This document shows positions 9,551 through 19,891 of a DNA stretch of 64,000 nt, piece after piece. The position numbers and the translations under genes were made by a program. Position 1 is the stretch's first letter. Each line of letters opens with the position of its first letter. The notes under the pieces are model-generated. The model was not told the origin of the DNA. It made no database searches and saw only the letters and a program-made list of their open reading frames with translations. Source of the stretch: a bacterium (lineage in GTDB: Bacteria > JAGOBX01 > DAONJL01); NCBI GenBank assembly GCA_035405645.1, contig DAONJL010000002.1, positions 68,701-132,700 of the forward strand, written 5' to 3'.

Positions 9551-10196
9551 AAGCCTCTTTTAATGCTGTATATAATTTCTCTAATAAATTTATTTTTTCA
9601 TTAAGTGTTTTCTTATCTTTATCTAATGCTGCGGCTTTTACATCTGCTAATAATCGTAAGAAATAATTATATAAAAATTTTACCTCTGGAAAAAAAATAT
9701 TTTTTTCAATAAATTTATTTTGCACTAAATGAATAAAATAAATAATCTGGTCTGATTCAAGAATAATATCTTTATAATTACTATTTTCTATATAATTATA
9801 AAGATGTTTTAAATCCAGTAATAAAAAATTTAATTCAGGAGCTGTCCCTTTTATATCAAAATTATTATATAATAAATATAGACTTTTTTTAAATTCAAGA
9901 TATGTTTTTTCTATTTTCTCAATATTTTTTGTTTTAAAACTTTCAATATATTTTTGGAAATAATATTCTATCTTTTCTGAATCTTTTTTATTAATGTTTT
10001 TTATTAAATTATTTACTTCTTTTTTAAGATATGTATTTACTAAAAAATTTGCTTCTATAAAATTATTTTTTCTGTAAACTTCTTCAATTGAATTTTCATA
10101 AAGCAATATTAAACCAATTTCTGGTGGTATTTCTTTGCTATATAAAATTATTTCTATTATTAATAAAAAAAAAATAATTAATTTATTTTTTTTCAT
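9513..10196 (-). CDS. Exported hypothetical protein (signal peptide, predicted helical). Its stop overlaps the histidine kinase start by 38 nt.
   Basis: N-terminal MKKNKLIIFFLLIIEIILYS signal-like segment. No recognisable catalytic motif. Gene position suggests a periplasmic partner of the kinase. Confidence 0.4.
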   Translation of the reverse strand: MKKNKLIIFFLLIIEIILYSKEIPPEIGLILLYENSIEEVYRKNNFIEANFLVNTYLKKEVNNLIKNINKKDSEKIEYYFQKYIESFKTKNIEKIEKTYLEFKKSLYLLYNNFDIKGTAPELNFLLLDLKHLYNYIENSNYKDIILESDQIIYFIHLVQNKFIEKNIFFPEVKFLYNYFLRLLADVKAAALDKDKKTLNEKINLLEKLYTALKEAYETKKFNWNFDR

Positions 10197-10303
10197 TTCT
10201 ATTTTTTTATATAATACAAGAAAAAAATTTTCAAGAATTTAATAAAATGAAACAAATCTATTAAAGATATATATTTTTAATTAAATTATTGAAAATTAAA
10301 TTA

Positions 10304-10344
10304 TCAAGAATATTTACATATTTTTATTAAAAATTTATTCTTGA
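10304..10344. promoter_or_regulatory. Perfect 9-bp inverted repeat, TCAAGAATA-N23-TATTCTTGA. Its right arm overlaps the -35 of the Hsp70 gene promoter.
   Basis: Arms at 10304-10312 and 10336-10344 are exact reverse complements. The repeat does not match the CIRCE or HAIR consensus sequences. Confidence 0.4.
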
Positions 10345-10370
10345 CTTATTCAAAAAATAAATATTAAAAT
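10341..10370 (+). promoter_or_regulatory. Candidate sigma70 promoter for the Hsp70 gene: TTGACT at 10341-10346, 18-nt spacer, TAAAAT at 10365-10370.
   Basis: Hexamers read directly. The -10 lies about 35 nt upstream of the ATG at 10405, and there is a GGTGG RBS at 10393-10397. Confidence 0.4.
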
Positions 10371-10404
10371 AATATGAATTTTTTTATAATCAGGTGGTAA
10401 AATT

Positions 10405-12135
10405 ATGCCAAATGAAAAAATTATTGGTATTGATTTTGGGACAACAAATTCTGTAGTTGCTATTAAAGAAAGTGGAGAAATTATCGTTATACCTAATAAA
10501 CGCGGAAATAGATTAACTCCATCTGCATTTGCTATTTCTAAAAATAATGAATTATTAATAGGTGAAGTAGCAAAAAATCAAGCGGTTTTAAATCCTGAAA
10601 ATACTGTTCTTTCAATTAAAAGATATATGGGTAAAGATTATAAAGTAAAAATACAGGAAAAAGAATTTACTCCTCAAGAAATTGCAGCAATGATTATCCG
10701 TGAACTTAAAGCCAGTGCAGAAAAATTTTTAGAAACAGAAATAACAAAAGCAGTTATTACTGTTCCTGCTTATTTTAATGATAATCAAAGACAGGCAACA
10801 AAAGATGCTGGTAAAATTGCTGGTCTTGATGTATTACGAATTATTAATGAACCAACTGCTGCTGCTCTTGCTTATGGTATTACAAATAAAGATGCACAAA
10901 CTGTTTTAGTTTATGATTTAGGTGGTGGCACTTTTGATGTTTCTATACTTGAAATTGGCAGTGGCGTTTATGAAGTCATTGCAACTAATGGTAATAATTT
11001 TTTAGGCGGCGATGATTTTGATAATAAAATTATGGAATTTTTAGTTAATAAATTTTATGATGAAACAAAAATTGATTTAACAAAAGATAGAATGGCATTA
11101 CAAAAATTAAAAGAAGAAGCTGAAAATGCAAAAAAGATTCTATCTGATGCTGAAATTGCGTCAATAAATATTCCTTTTATAACTGCTGATGAATCAGGAC
11201 CTAAACATTTACAAACAACAATCTCTCGTGATATGTTTAATGAAATAACAAAAGATTTAGTTGAGGCAACTTTAGAACCAATATTTAAAGCACTTGAAGA
11301 TGCACATAAACATCCTGATGATATTGATAAAATATTGCTCGTCGGCGGGTCAACACGCATGCCAATTATTCAGGAAACATTAGAAAAAGTATTAAATAAA
11401 AAACCATCAAAAGTATTAAATCCTGATGAATGTGTTGCGGTTGGTGCTGCTATTCAGGCTTCAATTTTATCTGGAACTGATAAAGGTATTGTTTTAGTTG
11501 ATGTTATTCCTCTTACTCTTGGTGTAAAAAATGAACCTGATATTTTTGTCCCTATTATTAAAAGAAATACACCTATTCCTGTTTGTGAAACAAACCTTTT
11601 TACAACTGTGTCTGATAATCAATCAGTTGTTGAAATACATATTTTACAGGGCGAACGAAAAATTGCAAGTGAAAATGTTAGTTTAGGTAAATTTCAATTA
11701 GAAGGAATTAGACCAGGACGAGCAGGTGAACCCAGAATAGAAGTAAAATTTGAAGTTGATGTTAATGGAATATTAAATGTTTCTGCAAGAGATATTGATA
11801 CTAATGTAAAACAAGAAATTAAAATACAAACAAAGAACAGATTAACTGATGAACAAATAAAAGAAATGATTAAAAAAGCAGAAGAATTATTAGAGCAAGA
11901 TACAAGAGCAGTAAATTTACAAAAATTAAGATTAAAAGTAGAACAGGAAATACGAATAGCAAAAACATTTTTAAAAGAATTAGAATTAGATGAAACATTA
12001 GAAAAGGAATTAAAGAATTTAATTCAAGAATTAGAACAAATTAAAAATTCAGATAAATTAGAAGAAATACAATTAAAATATGAAGCATTAGAATATTTGA
12101 ATAATGAAATAAAATTAGCACAAAATAAAAGATAA
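10405..12135 (+). CDS. dnaK: Hsp70-family chaperone (DnaK-like, short at 576 aa).
   Basis: IGIDFGTTNSVVAI, DLGGGTFDVSILEI and VITVPAYFNDNQRQATKDAGKIAGLDVLRIINEPTAAALAYG are Hsp70 signatures. The C-terminal lid is short, coiled-coil-like and lacks the Gly/Pro-rich tail. No grpE, dnaJ or hrcA is adjacent. Confidence 0.8.
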   Translation: MPNEKIIGIDFGTTNSVVAIKESGEIIVIPNKRGNRLTPSAFAISKNNELLIGEVAKNQAVLNPENTVLSIKRYMGKDYKVKIQEKEFTPQEIAAMIIRELKASAEKFLETEITKAVITVPAYFNDNQRQATKDAGKIAGLDVLRIINEPTAAALAYGITNKDAQTVLVYDLGGGTFDVSILEIGSGVYEVIATNGNNFLGGDDFDNKIMEFLVNKFYDETKIDLTKDRMALQKLKEEAENAKKILSDAEIASINIPFITADESGPKHLQTTISRDMFNEITKDLVEATLEPIFKALEDAHKHPDDIDKILLVGGSTRMPIIQETLEKVLNKKPSKVLNPDECVAVGAAIQASILSGTDKGIVLVDVIPLTLGVKNEPDIFVPIIKRNTPIPVCETNLFTTVSDNQSVVEIHILQGERKIASENVSLGKFQLEGIRPGRAGEPRIEVKFEVDVNGILNVSARDIDTNVKQEIKIQTKNRLTDEQIKEMIKKAEELLEQDTRAVNLQKLRLKVEQEIRIAKTFLKELELDETLEKELKNLIQELEQIKNSDKLEEIQLKYEALEYLNNEIKLAQNKR

Positions 12136-12149
12136 TAGGCGGTGTGTAA

Positions 12150-13508
12150 ATGTCTAAAGTTAAATTTATTTTAAGTGAAAGTGAAATGCCTTTAAAATGG
12201 TATAATGTTTTACCTGATTTACCAGAACCTTTAAAACCACCATTAAATCCTAAAACACTTCAACCTATCTCTCCAAATGATTTAGCAGTTATTTTTCCTG
12301 ATGAATTATTAAAACAAGAAATGTCAACTGATAGTGAAATTCCAATACCTGATGATGTCCTTGATATTTATTCTTTATATCGACCTACACCACTTGTTCG
12401 TGCTTTAAAATTAGAAAAAGCAATAAATACAAAATGTAAAATATTTTATAAGAATGAAAGCGTTTCAGCACCAGGTAGTCATAAATTAAATACCGCAATT
12501 GCACAAGCATACTACAACAAAAAACAGGGGATTGAAAAAATTGTAACTGAAACTGGTGCTGGTCAATGGGGTTCTGCTTTATCTCTTGCCTGTAAATTCT
12601 TAAATCTTAAATGTGAAGTTTATATGGTAAGAGTAAGTTATGAACAAAAACCATTTAGAAAATCACTTATGCATGTTTGGGGTGCTGATATTTTTCCAAG
12701 TCCATCAAATAGAACAAATGCAGGCCGTAAAATTTTACAAGAAAATCCACATTCTCCCGGATCACTTGGTATTGCGATTAGTGAAGCAATTGAAATTGCT
12801 GTCTCTGATAAAAAAACAAATTATTCATTAGGAAGTGTTTTAAATCATGTTTTATTACATCAAACTATAATTGGTTTAGAAACAAAAAAACAATTTGAAA
12901 AATTTGGTTTTTTACCTGATGTTGTAATTGGTTGCTGTGGTGGTGGCTCAAATTTTGGTGGTATCGCTCTTCCTTTTGTAAGAAATAAATTAGATGGTAA
13001 AGATATTCGTTTGATTGCTGTTGAACCTTTTTCCTGTCCTTCATTAACAAAAGGTGAATATAGATATGATTTTGGTGATACTGTTGGGCTTACTCCATTA
13101 TTATTAATGTTCACATTAGGACATAATTTTATTCCACCTGAAATTCATGCAGGTGGACTTCGTTATCATGGTGTTGCACCTATTATTAGCAATCTACATA
13201 AAAATAATATTGTTGAATCTATTGCTTATCATCAAAATGAAATCTTTAAATCTGCTGTATTATTTTCACAAACAGAAGGTATTTTACCTGCTCCAGAAAC
13301 TTCTCATGCTATCCATTGTGCTATTGAAACTGCAAAAGAATATGATAAAAAAGGTATTGTGAAAAATATTGTATTTTGTTTTAGTGGTCATGGTCATTTT
13401 GATTTAACCTCTTATGATAAATATTTAGAAAATAAATTAGAAGATTATGAATATCCTAAAGAAGAAATTTTAAAAGCATTAAAAGAATTACCTGAAATAA
13501 ATATTTAA
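12150..13508 (+). CDS. TrpB2-type tryptophan synthase beta-like PLP enzyme.
   Basis: The ~450 aa length with the N-terminal extension ([13 protein letters not shown]) is typical of TrpB2. The PLP lysine lies in the HKLNTAI context, and [10 protein letters not shown] is the glycine-rich PLP phosphate loop. No trpA or other trp genes are nearby. Confidence 0.7.
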   Translation: MSKVKFILSESEMPLKWYNVLPDLPEPLKPPLNPKTLQPISPNDLAVIFPDELLKQEMSTDSEIPIPDDVLDIYSLYRPTPLVRALKLEKAINTKCKIFYKNESVSAPGSHKLNTAIAQAYYNKKQGIEKIVTETGAGQWGSALSLACKFLNLKCEVYMVRVSYEQKPFRKSLMHVWGADIFPSPSNRTNAGRKILQENPHSPGSLGIAISEAIEIAVSDKKTNYSLGSVLNHVLLHQTIIGLETKKQFEKFGFLPDVVIGCCGGGSNFGGIALPFVRNKLDGKDIRLIAVEPFSCPSLTKGEYRYDFGDTVGLTPLLLMFTLGHNFIPPEIHAGGLRYHGVAPIISNLHKNNIVESIAYHQNEIFKSAVLFSQTEGILPAPETSHAIHCAIETAKEYDKKGIVKNIVFCFSGHGHFDLTSYDKYLENKLEDYEYPKEEILKALKELPEINI

Positions 13509-13510
13509 TT

Positions 13511-14548
13511 ATGGAACAAAGAAAAATTGATATTATTAAACCTATAAAATGGGAAGATAATAAAATTACTATTATTGACCAAACAAAACTACCAAATACT
13601 TTAATTTTCGAATCATATACTGATTATAAAGAATTTATTGAAGCAATAAAACAATTAAAAGTGCGTGGTGCACCTGCATTAGGTATTGCTGGTGCTTATG
13701 CTTTTTTACTCGGTGTTAATAATATTAAAACTAATGATATAAATGAATTTATTTCAGAAGCAAATAAAATTGCAAATGAAATTATTAAAGCACGACCAAC
13801 AGCAATAAATTTAAAATGGGCTGTTAGTAGAATGCTAAAAATAATTACCAAAAATAAATCAATAGAAAAATTAAAAGAATTATTATCAAAAGAAGCTCTT
13901 GAAATTCATAATGAAGATTTAATGCTCTGTCAAAAAATTGGTGAAAATGGTAATGCTTTAATTAAAAATGGTATGAAAATTCTTACTCATTGTAATGCTG
14001 GTGCTTTAGCAACTGGTGGTTATGGAACTGCACTTGCTATTATTTATAAAGCTTTTGAAAGTGGAAAAAATATTACTGTTTATATTGATGAAACTCGTCC
14101 TTTATTACAGGGTGCTCGTTTAACTGCTTGGGAATTAACAAAAGCAGGAATTAATACTTATTTAATATCTGATAATATGGCTGGCTGGATTATGAAAAAA
14201 AGACAAATTGATTGTGTTATTGTTGGTGCTGATAGAATTGCTGCTAATGGTGATACTGCAAATAAAATTGGCACTTACTCTTTAAGTATCCTTGCTAAAT
14301 ATCATAGTATTCCATTTTATATTGCTGCTCCATATTCAACTTTTGATTTATCTTTAGCTAATGGCGAACAAATACCAATTGAAGAACGAAGTAAAGATGA
14401 AGTAATTAATTTTAATGGCAATAAAATCGCTCCTGCTGATGTTAATGTTGAAAATCCTGCTTTTGATATTACTCCTGCTGAAAATATTAATGCTATTATT
14501 ACAGAAAAAAAAGTTTTCTTTAATCCTTTTAAATTTAGTGATTTTTAA
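13511..14548 (+). CDS. mtnA: S-methyl-5-thioribose-1-phosphate isomerase (MtnA, eIF2B-related family).
   Basis: KVRGAPALGIAGAYAF, HCNAGALATGGYGTALA and GADRIAANGDTANKIGTY match MtnA/eIF2B-fold signatures. Length is 345 aa. Confidence 0.7.
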   Translation: MEQRKIDIIKPIKWEDNKITIIDQTKLPNTLIFESYTDYKEFIEAIKQLKVRGAPALGIAGAYAFLLGVNNIKTNDINEFISEANKIANEIIKARPTAINLKWAVSRMLKIITKNKSIEKLKELLSKEALEIHNEDLMLCQKIGENGNALIKNGMKILTHCNAGALATGGYGTALAIIYKAFESGKNITVYIDETRPLLQGARLTAWELTKAGINTYLISDNMAGWIMKKRQIDCVIVGADRIAANGDTANKIGTYSLSILAKYHSIPFYIAAPYSTFDLSLANGEQIPIEERSKDEVINFNGNKIAPADVNVENPAFDITPAENINAIITEKKVFFNPFKFSDF

Positions 14549-14565
14549 ACAATAAGGAGTTTATA

Positions 14566-14820
14566 ATGAATACTTTGATAAATGATAATGTTATTACAAT
14601 TATTCTTTTAGTCTTTATTGTTCTTGCTATTGTTGCTCTTTTTATTATTAAAAAAAGTATAAATAAATTACGAGTAAGTATAATAAATTTAGAAAAAGAA
14701 TTAAAGAAACCAAAAGCCAAAAAAGAAACCAAAAAACAACAAAGCGATGAGACAGATGAAATGCTTTCTAATTTTGCAAAAAATATGGAAAAAGTAAAAA
14801 ATAAATCAGAGAAAAAATAG
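14566..14820 (+). CDS. Small single-pass membrane protein with a Lys/Glu-rich C-terminus.
   Basis: One hydrophobic helix (IILLVFIVLAIVALFII) followed by a charged tail. AGGAG RBS at 14555. No recognised family. Confidence 0.35.
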   Translation: MNTLINDNVITIILLVFIVLAIVALFIIKKSINKLRVSIINLEKELKKPKAKKETKKQQSDETDEMLSNFAKNMEKVKNKSEKK

Positions 14821-14850
14821 TTTTAATTATGTAATAAGTAGCTTTTAAAA

Positions 14851-15858
14851 ATGAAAAAAAAGAATTTTCTTTATTATTTATTTTATCCTATCTTAATTAT
14901 TTTAGAATGGTTACTCGTTCCAAAAAATTCCAGAGCAAAAGTAAGAGATGGTTTTGAAACTCTGTTTGTTGCTTTTTTTATGGCTATGGTTCTACGCGCT
15001 TATGTTTTACAGGCTTTTTATATTCCTTCTTCTTCAATGGAATCTACTCTTTTAATTGGTGACCATTTAATTGCTAATAAAGTTATTTTTAAATTATTTA
15101 AACCAGAAAGATATGATATTGTTATTTTTCAATATCCAGAAGATAAGGAATTTCCAGAACCAGAATATAATTATATAAAACTTGCTGGTGCTATTTTCTG
15201 GAATAAAACTGAAAAAAATTTTTTTAAAAAATTTCATTATTATATGCCAAAAGATTTTATTAAACGCTGTATTGGTTTACCTGGTGATGTAGTTGAAGTG
15301 ACTGTTAAAAATAATCAAAAAATAGTTTTAATAAATTCAGAAAAAGAAAAATTTGATGGGTTTCAACATATATCAAATCAATTTGAACCAATTAGAGATT
15401 ATTTTGGTCCGGTTCGTGTCCCTGCTAAAAATTCTGTTTTTAAATTATCTGATTGTAATATTTATGAATTATTTTTTATTTCACAATATTTCTCCTTTTA
15501 CAATAAAAATTTTAAGTTTGATTACAATGTTTATTTAAATAATGAATTAGTCGATTATATTACTCTGCCAAATGGTTATAATTTATCTTTTAAAGAACAA
15601 AAATTATTTAATCTAATGTATTATTATCAAGCCTGTAAATTATTTAATATTGATATACATATAAAATTTTTTAATTTTTTTCTTGATGATAAAAAAATTG
15701 AAGAAGTAAAATTTTCTGAAGATTGTTATTTTGTTCTTGGTGATAATCGCGATAATAGTAAAGATAGCAGATTCTGGGGAGTATTACCTGAAAATTTTTT
15801 AAAAGGAACTGCTTTATTTAATTACTGGCCAGTAAATAGAATAAAACTGATAAAATGA
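14851..15858 (+). CDS. lepB: Signal peptidase I.
   Basis: SSSMESTL is box B with the catalytic Ser. [17 protein letters not shown] is box E. N-terminal TM anchor. There is a long insertion between the conserved boxes. Confidence 0.8.
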   Translation: MKKKNFLYYLFYPILIILEWLLVPKNSRAKVRDGFETLFVAFFMAMVLRAYVLQAFYIPSSSMESTLLIGDHLIANKVIFKLFKPERYDIVIFQYPEDKEFPEPEYNYIKLAGAIFWNKTEKNFFKKFHYYMPKDFIKRCIGLPGDVVEVTVKNNQKIVLINSEKEKFDGFQHISNQFEPIRDYFGPVRVPAKNSVFKLSDCNIYELFFISQYFSFYNKNFKFDYNVYLNNELVDYITLPNGYNLSFKEQKLFNLMYYYQACKLFNIDIHIKFFNFFLDDKKIEEVKFSEDCYFVLGDNRDNSKDSRFWGVLPENFLKGTALFNYWPVNRIKLIK

Positions 15859-17831
15859 GATTAAAAAAAGACATCGACATAAATAAAAGATTTTTTTTTG
15901 CAATTTCTATTTGTGCTTTATTTGTAATAATTATTATTATTCGATTATTTACTATTTCTCTTGCTAATTTCTGGGCTGATAAATTTGATGCTGAAAATAT
16001 AAAAAAAATTGTTAAATATTCTTCTAATTTTAAAATACAGGAACCAATTGAAATTGAACGAGGTCTTATTCTTGATAAAAATTTATCTCCATTAGCTAAT
16101 AGTATTAAAACTATATCTCTTTCATTAAGACCTGATTTTATGCCTTTAGAACATAGAGAAATTATTGCTGATTCTATTGCTACTATTCTAAATTATTCTC
16201 AACAAGAAAAAAAAGCATTAATTGAAAAAATTTTTTCAGGTAAAAAATTTATCTGGTTAAAAAGAAGAATTTCTCAGGATGAGTTTAAAAATATTGAAAA
16301 TTCAATCACAAAATTTTTTAATAAAGGTGTATCTAAAATTGAAGAATATAAAAGAATTTATCCATCAGGTGAATATTTTTCAAATATTATTGGTTTTACT
16401 GGAATTGATAATAATGGTTTAGAAGGTATTGAACTCGCTTTTAATAAATATCTCTATAATACTGATGAATATAAAATTTTTAAAACTCCTATTGGTGTTC
16501 TTACTGATAAAGAAAAAATTATTGATTCTTTTAATTTACCAAAAATAATTTTAACTATTGATAAAAATATACAAACTTTTGTTTATGATGAATTATCTGC
16601 TGTTTGTAAAAAATTTGATGCTAAACGGGCTATGGGATTAGTTTTAAATCCTAAAAATGGTGATATTCTTGCTATGGTTCGTTTTCCTTCTTTTGATAAT
16701 AATAATTTTCAATTTTATGAGGATAAAAAAAATTGGCTTATTACTGATATGTATGAACCTGGTTCAACTCTTAAAATTATTACTGTTGCTTCTTTAATTG
16801 AATCAAAAAATATTGATTTATCAAAAAAAATATATGATAAATCTTATATTACTATTTTTAATCATACTTATCATAATAGTGAAGAAATCGAACACGGTTG
16901 GATTGATATAAAAGAAGCATTTGTAAAATCAAGTAATGTTGGAATCATTGAATTTTCAAAAAATTTGTCTTCTAAAACTTTTTATAACTTTTTAAGAGAT
17001 TTTGGTCTTGGTATTCAAACTGGTATTGAATTACCAGGCGAAGAAAAAGGGAAACTTTTAAAACCTAATAAATGGTCGGGTCTTTCTAAATATTCAATTG
17101 CTATTGGTCAGGAAATTGCCGTTACTCCAATTCAATTAATTATGGCTTTATCTGTAATTCCAAATAATGGCATTTTACTTCAACCTCATATTATCAAGGA
17201 AATCCGTGATAATAATGACAATATTATTTTAAAGAAAAATATTACTTCTATAAGACAGGTAATTTCAAAAGCTACTGCTGATATTTTAAAAGATTTTATG
17301 ATTGAAGTTGTTAAATCCGGGACAGGGAAAAAAGCATACATAGAAAATGTTAAAGTAGCAGGAAAAACAGGAACAGCACAAAAAGCAGTTGCTGGTCGCT
17401 ACGAAAAAGGAAAATATTATGCCTCTTTTTTTGGCTTTTTTCCTGCTGATAATCCTGAATATTCTATGCTTATTATCGTTGATGAACCTTCACCAAAATA
17501 TGGAATTTATGGTGGTGATATCGCTGCACCTGCTTTTAAAAATATCGCATTAAAAATTCTTGAATATCAACAAAATATTGAAAATAAATATATTGTTGAA
17601 AAAATAAAATTTAATAAAATAAATAAAAAGAAATTAATAAAATCAGATGAAATAAATTATTCAACACTAATTGATTTAACTGGTTATTCTTTTCGTGAAG
17701 CAGTAAAATACCTTACTTTAATTAATAAAAAATTTACTGTAAATGGTCATGGTTATGTAAAAAAACAAATTCCAGCGCCAGGAATAAATTTGAATAAAGT
17801 TAATAATGTTATTCTTTTTTTAGGTGAATAA
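15855..17831 (+). CDS. Class B penicillin-binding protein (transpeptidase) with a C-terminal PASTA domain, FtsI/PBP2x/SpoVD-like.
   Basis: SxxK at EPGSTLK, SxN at KSSN, and KTG at KTGTAQ. The C-terminal [20 protein letters not shown]...[16 protein letters not shown] resembles a PASTA repeat. N-terminal TM anchor. Confidence 0.8.
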   Translation: MRLKKDIDINKRFFFAISICALFVIIIIIRLFTISLANFWADKFDAENIKKIVKYSSNFKIQEPIEIERGLILDKNLSPLANSIKTISLSLRPDFMPLEHREIIADSIATILNYSQQEKKALIEKIFSGKKFIWLKRRISQDEFKNIENSITKFFNKGVSKIEEYKRIYPSGEYFSNIIGFTGIDNNGLEGIELAFNKYLYNTDEYKIFKTPIGVLTDKEKIIDSFNLPKIILTIDKNIQTFVYDELSAVCKKFDAKRAMGLVLNPKNGDILAMVRFPSFDNNNFQFYEDKKNWLITDMYEPGSTLKIITVASLIESKNIDLSKKIYDKSYITIFNHTYHNSEEIEHGWIDIKEAFVKSSNVGIIEFSKNLSSKTFYNFLRDFGLGIQTGIELPGEEKGKLLKPNKWSGLSKYSIAIGQEIAVTPIQLIMALSVIPNNGILLQPHIIKEIRDNNDNIILKKNITSIRQVISKATADILKDFMIEVVKSGTGKKAYIENVKVAGKTGTAQKAVAGRYEKGKYYASFFGFFPADNPEYSMLIIVDEPSPKYGIYGGDIAAPAFKNIALKILEYQQNIENKYIVEKIKFNKINKKKLIKSDEINYSTLIDLTGYSFREAVKYLTLINKKFTVNGHGYVKKQIPAPGINLNKVNNVILFLGE

Positions 17832-17836
17832 AAATT

Positions 17837-18496
17837 ATGAAAACAATTAAAAAAAATAGTTCTAATTTTAAAAAAAAATTTCAATCTTATTTTTTAACTG
17901 GTTTTATTTCCATTTTTCCTTTTCTTGCTACTATTTATATAATTAAAATTATTTTTCTTTTTATTAAAAATAATTTTCCAATTGAAGTATTATCAAAAAT
18001 TCATCCAATTATTAATTATCCAATTATTTTCCCTATTTTCACTCTAATATTAGCAACTGTTTTTTCTATTTTATTTTTAACTTTATTTGGTTTCTTTATT
18101 TCAAATTTTATTGGAAAAAAAATTTTTTTGTTTTTAGAAAAATTTTTATTTAAAGTTCCTATAATAAATAAAATCTATAACTGGCTTAAACAACTTATTC
18201 TTTCATTTTCTTTAACTAATAAAGATTTATTAAAAAAAGTTGTGCTTGTGGAATTCCCTAAAAAAGGAACATTTACGATTGGGTTTATTACTTCTATTGT
18301 TGATAAAAAAATTTTTAAGAATCTTCAAAATGATAATCTGAATTATTATTTTATCTATGTACCTACTACGCCTAATCCAACTTCAGGTTATTTATTAATT
18401 TTTAATGAAAATGAAATTACTGAATTAAATATATCAACAGAAGAAGCAATTAAATTAGTTATTTCATTAGGTTTTTATCATTTTAAAAATGAATGA
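17837..18496 (+). CDS. DUF502-family membrane protein.
   Basis: FLTGFISIFPFLATIYII and a following hydrophobic helix resemble the DUF502/COG2928 family. This is a weak match. Confidence 0.35.
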   Translation: MKTIKKNSSNFKKKFQSYFLTGFISIFPFLATIYIIKIIFLFIKNNFPIEVLSKIHPIINYPIIFPIFTLILATVFSILFLTLFGFFISNFIGKKIFLFLEKFLFKVPIINKIYNWLKQLILSFSLTNKDLLKKVVLVEFPKKGTFTIGFITSIVDKKIFKNLQNDNLNYYFIYVPTTPNPTSGYLLIFNENEITELNISTEEAIKLVISLGFYHFKNE

Positions 18497-19859
18497 TATT
18501 TTAAATAAAAATCTTATTCTTTTTAAGAAATATCATTGTGATATTTCTCTTCCTCTTAATTTTACTTCTTTAAATTTGGAAACTTTTAATAATTTACCTT
18601 TTAAAATTTTTTTTAATAATCAACAAATAATATTAAATAGTAAATATAATCCAATAAAAGAAATTGAACGCCAATTTGAAAAAGATTATATTTTTAAAAA
18701 TAAACCAATTATTTTTTTCGGTTTTGGTTTTGGCTTTATATTAAAATTTATTAATTCTTCTCTTAATCTTCTTTCAAATAAAATAATTATTATTGAACCT
18801 TTTCCTGAAATATTTTTTACTGCTTTAAATATTACTGATTTTTCTAATGAAGAACAAATTATAAAAAATATAACTTTTATTATTTCAGATTCAGAAGAAA
18901 AAATTTTAAAAAAATTATTTTCTATTATTTCTTTAAATGAATTAAATACAGTTAATTTTATTATTCATAAACCAACTTTCTCTTTATTATCAAATAAATT
19001 TAATAAAATCAAATCAATAATTGAACAAATAATTGAAAATAAAAATTTTGAAAATAAATTTGGTTCTTTAATGGAAAATAATTATCTATCAAATAAAAAA
19101 TTTATTTCTTCTTCTTTTCCTATTTCAGATTTTATAAAACAAAATAAAAATAAATTTGAATTTGGATTTTTAATTTCTGCTGGACCTTCTCTTGATTTTT
19201 GTTATGCTGCAATAAAAAAATTAAAATCTAAAAATTCAATTATTGCTTCTGTTGATGCTGCTTTAATTCCTTTACTTGAAAATAGTATTATTCCAGATTT
19301 TGTTTTATCAATCGACCCACAACATTATATATTTGATTTTTATAATTATCAAAAAGAATATAATTTTAATTTGATTTTCTCTTTATTATCTTCCCCTGAT
19401 ATTCACTCTTTTTCTTTTCAAAAAAAATATTATTTTGTTCCTTCACAACATTTTGTTATTTCTAAATTTAATGATTATTATGAATCTGATAATTTTTTAG
19501 ATGGTGGTGGTGCTGTTTCTACTTACCTTTTAGAACTTTTAATTAAATTGAATTGCAAATCTATTTATTTTTTTGGACAAGATTTTTCTTTCCCTTTTTT
19601 TTATTTATATTCTAAATATTCTGCTTTTTATCTTAATGCTATTATTTCTTTAAATAAATTTAATTCAATTGAAACTATTAATTTTACTTCTTTTCTTAAT
19701 TTTGAATATTTATCTGTTAATAATCTATATACTTCAAAAACATTATTGACTTATAAAAAAGAATTTGAAAATTTGATAAGAAAAAATAATCACATATCTT
19801 TTTTTAATGTAAATTCTTATGGGTTAAATATAAATAGTTCACAAAATATTTTTATTTGA
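18489..19859 (+). CDS. Hypothetical protein, possibly Maf/DUF115-like (motility-associated factor putative glycosyltransferase family).
   Basis: The central FLISAGPSLDF...IIASVDAAL...DGGGAVSTYLLELL region resembles the DUF115 GPSL and nucleotide-binding-like motifs. This is a family guess from pattern only. Confidence 0.3.
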   Translation: MNDILNKNLILFKKYHCDISLPLNFTSLNLETFNNLPFKIFFNNQQIILNSKYNPIKEIERQFEKDYIFKNKPIIFFGFGFGFILKFINSSLNLLSNKIIIIEPFPEIFFTALNITDFSNEEQIIKNITFIISDSEEKILKKLFSIISLNELNTVNFIIHKPTFSLLSNKFNKIKSIIEQIIENKNFENKFGSLMENNYLSNKKFISSSFPISDFIKQNKNKFEFGFLISAGPSLDFCYAAIKKLKSKNSIIASVDAALIPLLENSIIPDFVLSIDPQHYIFDFYNYQKEYNFNLIFSLLSSPDIHSFSFQKKYYFVPSQHFVISKFNDYYESDNFLDGGGAVSTYLLELLIKLNCKSIYFFGQDFSFPFFYLYSKYSAFYLNAIISLNKFNSIETINFTSFLNFEYLSVNNLYTSKTLLTYKKEFENLIRKNNHISFFNVNSYGLNINSSQNIFI

Positions 19860-19891
19860 TTTATTTTTTATAATATTTTATTTTTTATTTT

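Noticed and set aside
10197-10404. CIRCE (HrcA) or HAIR (HspR) operator upstream of the Hsp70 gene
   Set aside because: Neither consensus is present. Only the unrelated TCAAGAATA inverted repeat was found.
11055-11360. 101-aa antisense ORF inside the Hsp70 gene
   Set aside because: Embedded in a conserved gene with no independent signals. Typical shadow ORF.
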